Shown one piece after another: positions 57,829-64,000 of a stretch of 64,000 nt of DNA. The translations under genes were made by a program, and so were the position numbers. The first letter of the stretch is position 1. The number at the start of each line of letters is the position of its first letter. The notes below the pieces were generated by a model. That model did not search any database. It was not told the origin of the DNA and worked only from the letters and a program-made list of their open reading frames with translations. The stretch comes from Candidatus Latescibacterota bacterium. GTDB taxonomy: Bacteria > Latescibacterota > UBA2968 > UBA8231. The DNA is taken from the NCBI GenBank assembly GCA_965203355.1, contig OZ241889.1:2112001-2176000 (forward strand), given 5' to 3'.

Positions 57829-58749
57829 ATGGCTCATCTCGAATTCACCCCCACCCACTACCACAATACCATCGGCTGGCACGAGCCCGTGCTGGCCATT
57901 GCTCCCGGCGATACGGTCTCTACCACGACCGTTGACGCCCGCGGCCAAGACCAGCACGGCGCGCGCGTTGCCGAGCGCGGGAACCCGATGACGGGTCCTT
58001 TCTACGTAGAAGGGGCCGAGCCGGGCGACACCTTGGTCGTTCGCTTCGACAAGCTCTACCCCAACCGCGACTGGGGCTGGACCGCTAGAGCAATCGCGCC
58101 CAATGTGCTCGACCCGGGTTTTGCGACCGGGATTGAGCGCGACGATCGGCCGCTCCGGTGGCCGATTGACCTAGCGGCCGGTACGGCAACGCAGCCGGAT
58201 GTGTTGCCGGGCTTGGTGCTGCCCCTCAATCCGATGGTCGGCTGTTTTGGGGTGGCCCCGCCGCGCGGTCAGGCCATTTCCACGGCGACCTCTGCGACCC
58301 ACGGCGGCAACATGGACTACCGGGGTTTTGTCGCCGGTGTGACCGTCTATTTGCCGGTCGCGGCCCCGGGCGCGCTCTTTTACTTAGGCGACGGCCACGC
58401 CGTCCAGGGCGATGGCGAGATCGTCGGTACGGGCGTGGAAACTTCCTTTGACGCGACATTTAGCCTAGATGTGATCAAAGGCCAGCCGATCGGTTGGCCT
58501 CGCGCTGAAAACGACACGCACCTTCTCGCGGTCGGCAATGCGCGTCCCTTAGACCAATGCGTACAACACGCGACCAGCGAGTTGGTGAATTGGCTCGTTG
58601 CGGACTACGGTCTCAGCGAGTTGAGTGCCCACGCGCTTTTGGGACAGTGCGTGGAATACGATATGGGGAATGTGTACGACCCGGCCTATACGATGGTTGG
58701 CAAAGTCGCCAAATCGTTGCTCGAGGCTATGGGGGCCGAGTGCTCATAG
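57829..58749 (+). CDS. Acetamidase/formamidase family protein
   Basis: 'NPMTGPFYVEGAEPGD', 'GGNMD', 'GDGHAVQGDGE..GTGVET'. Confidence 0.92.
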   Translation: MAHLEFTPTHYHNTIGWHEPVLAIAPGDTVSTTTVDARGQDQHGARVAERGNPMTGPFYVEGAEPGDTLVVRFDKLYPNRDWGWTARAIAPNVLDPGFATGIERDDRPLRWPIDLAAGTATQPDVLPGLVLPLNPMVGCFGVAPPRGQAISTATSATHGGNMDYRGFVAGVTVYLPVAAPGALFYLGDGHAVQGDGEIVGTGVETSFDATFSLDVIKGQPIGWPRAENDTHLLAVGNARPLDQCVQHATSELVNWLVADYGLSELSAHALLGQCVEYDMGNVYDPAYTMVGKVAKSLLEAMGAECS

Positions 58750-60228
58750 ATCGGCGATGGAATCCAAGCCTTCGGGCGGCGGTAGGACGTAGCGGACGGG
58801 TTGGATGGTGCCGTCGCGGCGGTGCGCCTGTTCGACTCGTTTGCACTTGATGACCGAGTGCTCGATGAGCAGGTCGTCGTCGATTTGGCAGCCGTAGAGG
58901 TAGCTGGTGCCCTTGATGGTTACGCGCGCGCCCACGCGCATGGGATGTTCGTCGCTGCCTGTCAGGAGCACGCCCGACTCGATGCGGCTGTGCGCGCCAA
59001 TCCGCAGGTTCCCCTTGATGATATTGCGGCTGAGTACTTGGACCTCCTCGTCGAGCGCGAGGGTTTGATTTGGATGCGTACTCAGCTCGACGCCCACGCC
59101 AATTTGTACTCCCTCACCGAGCACTATGTGGCCGCTCAGATGGCTGCGGTCCCCGATGGTGACGCGGCGGTTGAGTTGGACTTGGGGGCCGATGTACGTG
59201 CCCTTGCCGATGACAATGTCCAAGGGGCCGCGCTCCGCGTCGAGGTTGAGTATCTGCTCGACGACCTCGTCGGCGATGAAGAAGTCCTCCTCGTCGGCGA
59301 TGGTGATGGTGTCCTTGAGCTTATCGTAGGCCCAGCGGCGGGCGATGGCCTGCATCTGACGCCAGACGCTTTTGACGTTGAAGGCGAGGAGTTCCTCTTC
59401 GCTGTCGGCCGGGGCGGCCCGCACCACGAGTTGGTGCTGATTGAAAATTTGCACCAAGTCAGTAAGCAGCAATTCGCCTTGGGCATTGTCGGTGTCGAGA
59501 TGCTCGATGTACGTCCGCAGCGCGTGTTCTCTAAAGGCGACGACGCCGGTGTTGATCTCGCGCGTTGCCAGCAGCTCTTGGCGCGTGAAGGCATAGGTGC
59601 GGCCATTGTACGCGGCCTCGTAGGGCGTGTCCGCGTCGAGACTGAGGATGTCCTTGTGCTCTCTGATTTCAATGACCTTGTCGCGGTCCGGTCCCGCCGC
59701 ATCGGTGGCTGGTACGCGCAGGATGCGGCCATAGGAGTTGGTCTCGGCCGGGCCATTGTACAGGGCCGTGAGCACCATCATGTCGCAGTCGGTGCTTTCA
59801 AAACTGGCGCGAAATTGGGCGACGACCTGCTCGGTCAACAGCCCCATGTCGCCTAAAAAGACGTACACGTCGCGGTCGGCCGCCGTGGCGGGCAAGGCTT
59901 GGAGGCCAACGCGCACGGCGTCGCCGGTTCCGGCCGGCCGGCCGAGGACCGGGTTTTCTTGGTAGGCGAAAAGACGCCCTAGTTGGGGGCCGGCCGCGCG
60001 GGCGACGTCTAGGCCCTTGATGCCCACGACGATGACCTGATTGGGGCTGTCGAGCCCTTCTTGCACGGCGCGGGCCACGCGCACGGCCGTTGGCTGGCCC
60101 CAAATTTCGTGCAGCATCTTGGAGGTCTCCGAGCGGATGCGCTTGCCGTGGCCAGCCGCCAAAACGAGGCCGATGCGGTGGATGTCGGCTAAAATGGGCG
60201 AGTTGATTTCTGCGAGTAGGTCGTGCAT
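58744..60228 (-). CDS. GlmU-like nucleotidyltransferase with left-handed beta-helix
   Basis: 'LAAGHGKRIRS..SKMLH', 'GTGDAV', 'YGRI', 'EINTGV', 'NAQGELLLTD', hexapeptide repeats; start 60228 or 60249. Confidence 0.8.
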   Translation of the reverse strand: MHDLLAEINSPILADIHRIGLVLAAGHGKRIRSETSKMLHEIWGQPTAVRVARAVQEGLDSPNQVIVVGIKGLDVARAAGPQLGRLFAYQENPVLGRPAGTGDAVRVGLQALPATAADRDVYVFLGDMGLLTEQVVAQFRASFESTDCDMMVLTALYNGPAETNSYGRILRVPATDAAGPDRDKVIEIREHKDILSLDADTPYEAAYNGRTYAFTRQELLATREINTGVVAFREHALRTYIEHLDTDNAQGELLLTDLVQIFNQHQLVVRAAPADSEEELLAFNVKSVWRQMQAIARRWAYDKLKDTITIADEEDFFIADEVVEQILNLDAERGPLDIVIGKGTYIGPQVQLNRRVTIGDRSHLSGHIVLGEGVQIGVGVELSTHPNQTLALDEEVQVLSRNIIKGNLRIGAHSRIESGVLLTGSDEHPMRVGARVTIKGTSYLYGCQIDDDLLIEHSVIKCKRVEQAHRRDGTIQPVRYVLPPPEGLDSIADL

Positions 60229-60263
60229 TGGGTCTCTTTCTTCGTGCATTGGGTTCCGGTGCG

Positions 60264-62351
60264 CTAGCACTCGACGTCAAGGTCTTCACCGAGGGCTAGG
60301 CGCATGAGCAGATTCTGCATGCTGTCGCCCGGGGCGTCGCCTTCGGGCTGGCGGCGGATGTACGCGCCGTCTGGGCGCATTTGCCGAGATTTGGCGCGAT
60401 CGGCGAGCGCGAAGACGAGGAGCTCGCGATAGACGCGCTGCTTCAGGCCGGGATCCAAGATGGGGAAAACGACTTCGACCCGGGTACGCAGGTTGCGATT
60501 CATCCAGTCTGCGCTGCCGAGCCAGATTTCTTCGTCGCCGCCGTTGGCAAAGTAAAAGACGCGGCTGTGCTCTAGGAATCGGCCAATGATGCTGTACACG
60601 CGAATGTTCTCGCTGATGCCGTCGAGGCCGGCGCGCAAGCAGCAAATGCCGCGCACAATCAGATCGATTTCGACGCCGGCTTGCGAGGCCGCGTACAGGG
60701 CCTTGATGATCGCCGGGTCCATGAGGCCATTCATCTTGGCGATGATGGCGGCTGGCCGACCGGCGCGGGCGTGTTCGCTTTCGCGCTCGATGCGGTCGAG
60801 CATGCCTTGCATCAGCCCGGAGGGCGCGACTAGCAGTTTTTCAAATTGACTGATGCGGCTGTGGGCGGTGAGCATGTTGAAAACCTCGGCCACCTCGGCG
60901 GTGATCGTTGGCTCGGCCGTAATCAGCCCCAGATCTGTGTAGAGCCGCGCCGTGGTGTGGTTGTAATTGCCGGTGCCCAAGTGGGCGTAGCGACGCAGGC
61001 GATCTTGATCGCGGCGCACCAGCATCGACAGCTTGCAATGGGTCTTCAGGCCCATGATGCCATAGATCACGTGGATGCCGCTGTTTTCGAGGCGCTTGGC
61101 CCATTCGATGTTGGCCGCTTCGTCGCCGCGGGCTTTTAGTTCGACGAGCACGGTCACTTCCTTGCCGCGCTCGGCCGCGTCGATGAGTGCCTGCCCCACC
61201 TCTGAGTCGTCGCCCGTGCGGTAGATGGTCTGTTTGATGGCCAGCACTTTGGGGTCATTGGCCGCCATGCGGATGAAATCGATCACCGTAGAAAACGACT
61301 CGTAGGGATGGTGGAGGAGAATGTCGCCCGCGCGGATGGAGTCGAAGAAGGCGTCGGAGTCCGCGGGTACATCGCGCTCCACGGGTGTGAAGGGCGGATC
61401 CTTGAGGGCCGGCCGCGAGACCAGGCCGTAAAGAGCCATGACCCGATGGAGGTTGACCGGCCCGTTGACCCGAAAGACTAGGCTGTCGTCGAGATCGAAT
61501 TGCTGTTGCAAGAGCGATACGAGTGGGTCGGGTGCGCCCAGCGCGATCTCTAGCCGCACGGCGTCGGCTTGGCGCTGTTTGGTGACCTGTTCCTCGATTT
61601 CTTCCAGCAAATTGTCGGCGTCTTCTTCGTTGACATATAACTCGCTGTTGCGGGTGATGCGGAACGGAGCCGAGCCGATGACCTCGTAGCCGAAGAACAG
61701 TTCTTCGACCTGTATATCCATGATCCCGGCCAAGGTCACAAAGTGGAGGCCGTCGCTTTGGTCGGGCAGGCGCAAGATGCGCGGTAGCACGCGCGGCACG
61801 GTTGCCACGCCCATCATCGTCTGTCCCTGTTCTTCGAGCAAGGCCCCGATGCACAGGGCCTTGTTGAGCACGTGGGGGAAGGGATGGGCCGGATCGACGA
61901 CGATGGGCGTGAGGATCGGTTCGAGTTCTTCTTCCCAGTACTGACGCACAAAGTCGAGATGTTCGTCTTTGAGTCGGCGCGCCTCCCATAGGTAGATGCC
62001 TTCGGCGGCTAAGGCCGGGATGAGGTCCTCGTTCCAGCAGCGATACTGTTCGGCGACTTGCTCGTGGGCTTGTTGGGTGATGCGCTCGAGTTGCTCGGCC
62101 GGAGTTAAGCCATCGGGGCGGCTGGGATTGGCCCCGGATTCGTGCAATTGCAGCAGACCGGCTACGCGGATTTCGTAGAACTCGTCGAGATTGCTGGCGA
62201 CGATGGCCATGAACTTGACGCGCTCTAACAGGGGATTGCGCGGATCTTGGGCTTCTTCGAGCACGCGGGCGTTGAAGTTGAGCCACGAGAGTTCGCGGTT
62301 GATGTAGAGTTCGGGACGATCGTAGGTGGGCGGGGGGGCCATTTCGCTCAT
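60264..62351 (-). CDS. ppk1: Polyphosphate kinase 1
   Basis: 'YINRELSWL.FN.RVL', 'NLDEFYE.RVAGL', 'HHPYESF', 'KTHCK', 'GTGNYN', 'GRFLEHSR'. Confidence 0.96.
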   Translation of the reverse strand: MSEMAPPPTYDRPELYINRELSWLNFNARVLEEAQDPRNPLLERVKFMAIVASNLDEFYEIRVAGLLQLHESGANPSRPDGLTPAEQLERITQQAHEQVAEQYRCWNEDLIPALAAEGIYLWEARRLKDEHLDFVRQYWEEELEPILTPIVVDPAHPFPHVLNKALCIGALLEEQGQTMMGVATVPRVLPRILRLPDQSDGLHFVTLAGIMDIQVEELFFGYEVIGSAPFRITRNSELYVNEEDADNLLEEIEEQVTKQRQADAVRLEIALGAPDPLVSLLQQQFDLDDSLVFRVNGPVNLHRVMALYGLVSRPALKDPPFTPVERDVPADSDAFFDSIRAGDILLHHPYESFSTVIDFIRMAANDPKVLAIKQTIYRTGDDSEVGQALIDAAERGKEVTVLVELKARGDEAANIEWAKRLENSGIHVIYGIMGLKTHCKLSMLVRRDQDRLRRYAHLGTGNYNHTTARLYTDLGLITAEPTITAEVAEVFNMLTAHSRISQFEKLLVAPSGLMQGMLDRIERESEHARAGRPAAIIAKMNGLMDPAIIKALYAASQAGVEIDLIVRGICCLRAGLDGISENIRVYSIIGRFLEHSRVFYFANGGDEEIWLGSADWMNRNLRTRVEVVFPILDPGLKQRVYRELLVFALADRAKSRQMRPDGAYIRRQPEGDAPGDSMQNLLMRLALGEDLDVEC

Positions 62352-62352
62352 G

Positions 62353-63156
62353 TCATTCGAGTTGAGAAATGGTTTCGCGCACGAATTGCACCGACTGTTT
62401 GAGTGCGTCGCGGTGCGCGCCTGCGATGCCGCATTCGTAGGCCAGATAGCCGCTAAAGCCGATGTCCTTGAGGGCCTGTAAGCCCGCGCGCCAGTCAATG
62501 TCGCCGGTGCCCGGCTGTAGGCGCGTGTTGTCGGCCAGGTGGACGTGGGCGACGTGGTGGCCCGCTTGGCGGAACGCGGCCGGGGTGTCGGTCTCTTCGA
62601 TGTGCATGTGGAAGAAGTCGCTGAGCAGGGCCACGCCTTGGGGGCTACCGGCGCGCTCGATGATTTCGACGCCGTCGGCTTGGCGGCGCAAGAGGTGTTG
62701 TTCGTAGCGGTTGAGGGGTTCGAGCAGGAGTAGGGTGCCTTGGCCCGCGGCATGGGCGGCGAGCTCTTTGACCAACTCGACGAGCAGGGCCTTTTCTAAG
62801 GAAATGGCGTCTTGGAGCGGCGAAAGGTCGGGTATGCGCGGCGGCCCAAAGATGGGGGGGACGATCTGACCGACGGCTTGAAAGTGCCCGCAGGCTTCGA
62901 GTTGGCGGCGGGTCTCGGCGAGGCTGTTGGCGCGCTTGTGCGGGTCGGGGTCGAGCCAGTCAAAGGTTTCTTGGCCGCAGATGGAAGCGATCTGGATGGA
63001 GCGACCGGCGAGGGCCTGTTCGTATTTTTCAACGCGATCGTACAGGCGTGTGCGGCCGCTGACTTCTAGCCCTTCGACGTTCAGCGATTCGGCGAAGTCG
63101 AGCTTTTCCGCGAGGCTTTCTCCGGGCAGCAGCCCTTCCTGTAAGGCAATTTTCAT
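62353..63156 (-). CDS. Sugar phosphate isomerase/epimerase (xylose-isomerase-like TIM barrel)
   Basis: 'LEPLNRYE', 'DFFHM.IEE', 'HVHLAD..R..PG.G', 'YEC'. Confidence 0.88.
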   Translation of the reverse strand: MKIALQEGLLPGESLAEKLDFAESLNVEGLEVSGRTRLYDRVEKYEQALAGRSIQIASICGQETFDWLDPDPHKRANSLAETRRQLEACGHFQAVGQIVPPIFGPPRIPDLSPLQDAISLEKALLVELVKELAAHAAGQGTLLLLEPLNRYEQHLLRRQADGVEIIERAGSPQGVALLSDFFHMHIEETDTPAAFRQAGHHVAHVHLADNTRLQPGTGDIDWRAGLQALKDIGFSGYLAYECGIAGAHRDALKQSVQFVRETISQLE

Positions 63157-63234
63157 GGCGTCCTTTCTTGACGTTGGGTGCGTTTTTTGGGTTTATAGCG
63201 GGCCAGAATATACACTGACAAGGAAGGATATGCC

Positions 63235-64000
63235 ATGCCAGAACGCGTACAGATCGTAGTACCCGGCGACAATCCAAGCCAGATTGCCGGTTCGCCGCAT
63301 TTGCAGCGGCTCGCGCCCTACGGGGATGTCGCGCTTTTTGAGGATACGCCGCAAAGCGCGGATGAGAAAGTCGCGCGTGCCGAGGGCGCACACGTTATTA
63401 TCAACACGCGCGGAGTCGTCACGTGGCGCGAGGAAATGCGCCGTTTGCCCGCGCTCAAGATGATTGCCACCTGCTCCATCGGCACGGATATGATCGACCT
63501 AGAGCTGGCCAAGCAGCTCGGAATTGTGGTGTCGAACCAGCCCGGTCGCACCGCGCCCGTGGTGGCCGAGCACATGTTCGGGCTGATGTTCGCGCTGGCC
63601 AAGCGCGCCTATTTCCAGACCGCCGAGCTGAAGGCTGGCCGCTGGACGCGCAAGATGAACACCATGTTGCAGGGCAAGGTGTTGGGCGTGGTGGGCACCG
63701 GGCCGATTGGCGCGGAGATGGCGCGGTTGGGACGGGCCATCGGCATGGAGGTCATTGCGTGGACTTTCCGTCCGTCGCCGGAACGCGCTGCTGCCTACGG
63801 AGTGCGCTTTGTCGAGATCGACGAGTTGTTACAGGCCGCGGATGTGGTCAGTCTACACGTGAAGTTGACCGAGGATACTCGGCATTTGCTCGGGGTGCGC
63901 GAGTTTGGCCTGATGAAGGAGGGGGCGCTGGTGTTGAACGGTGCGCGCGGCGATGTGCTGGACATCAACGCCTTGCGCGCGGCCCTGTTGTCTGGGCATT
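63235..64000 (+). CDS. D-isomer-specific 2-hydroxyacid dehydrogenase, 3'-truncated by the window edge
   Basis: Not in the ORF track; translated by hand from ATG 63235 (MPERVQIVVPGD...): 'VAEH', 'GKVLGVVGTGPIG', 'ADVVSLHV', 'NGARG'. Confidence 0.88.
   Translation, partial: MPERVQIVVPGDNPSQIAGSPHLQRLAPYGDVALFEDTPQSADEKVARAEGAHVIINTRGVVTWREEMRRLPALKMIATCSIGTDMIDLELAKQLGIVVSNQPGRTAPVVAEHMFGLMFALAKRAYFQTAELKAGRWTRKMNTMLQGKVLGVVGTGPIGAEMARLGRAIGMEVIAWTFRPSPERAAAYGVRFVEIDELLQAADVVSLHVKLTEDTRHLLGVREFGLMKEGALVLNGARGDVLDINALRAALLSGH

Noticed and set aside
58801-59856. Long antisense or alternate-frame ORFs (also 46954-47874, 61255-62286, 17201-18232)
   Set aside because: Shadow frames of well-supported genes in high-GC DNA, with no recognisable motifs
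62352-62753. N-terminal extension of Ppk1 (similar extensions on the ORFs starting at 10919, 48090 and 46504)
   Set aside because: Overlap real neighbouring genes; GC-rich open-frame artefacts
1-64000. tRNA, rRNA or known riboswitch
   Set aside because: No cloverleaf, rRNA or recognisable aptamer seen in the intergenic regions by eye; an Infernal/Rfam scan would be decisive

Overview
Bacterial chromosome segment, mostly high-GC and gene-dense; the gene set (LptC/A-LptB-RpoN, TolC, lipoproteins, SMC) indicates a diderm. Bases 1-~10030 are a defence/accessory island. It holds an AlbA_2/HATPase protein, a ParA-like ATPase, a 1194-aa single-chain Type IIG-like restriction-modification enzyme, an inverted silent second copy of that enzyme's C-terminal specificity region, a tyrosine recombinase, a Fic remnant, and an AAA ATPase plus PD-(D/E)xK-like pair. 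The main finding is an apparent invertible (shufflon-like) specificity switch. A 132-bp inverted repeat (4898-5029 vs 6289-6420, 3 mismatches) and a collinear 8-bp site (4869-4876 vs 6442-6449) would fuse either of two target-recognition C-termini in frame onto the R-M enzyme, and the recombinase lies directly beside them. The rest is largely housekeeping and metabolic (rfbB, xylonate dehydratase, ubiX, RsmF-like, dksA-like, tal, gmhA-like, smc, gatC, pyrG, lptB, rpoN, purH, dapAB, ppk1). Notable points there are a consensus sigma54 promoter with a perfect 32-bp palindrome upstream of an ECF sigma gene, a triple-RidA-like/ComDE/LarA-like operon, a compositionally foreign rmuC, and two UvrB/C-motif paralogues. 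No tRNA, rRNA, CRISPR array or IS transposase was seen. All family calls are by motif recognition; no database searches were run.
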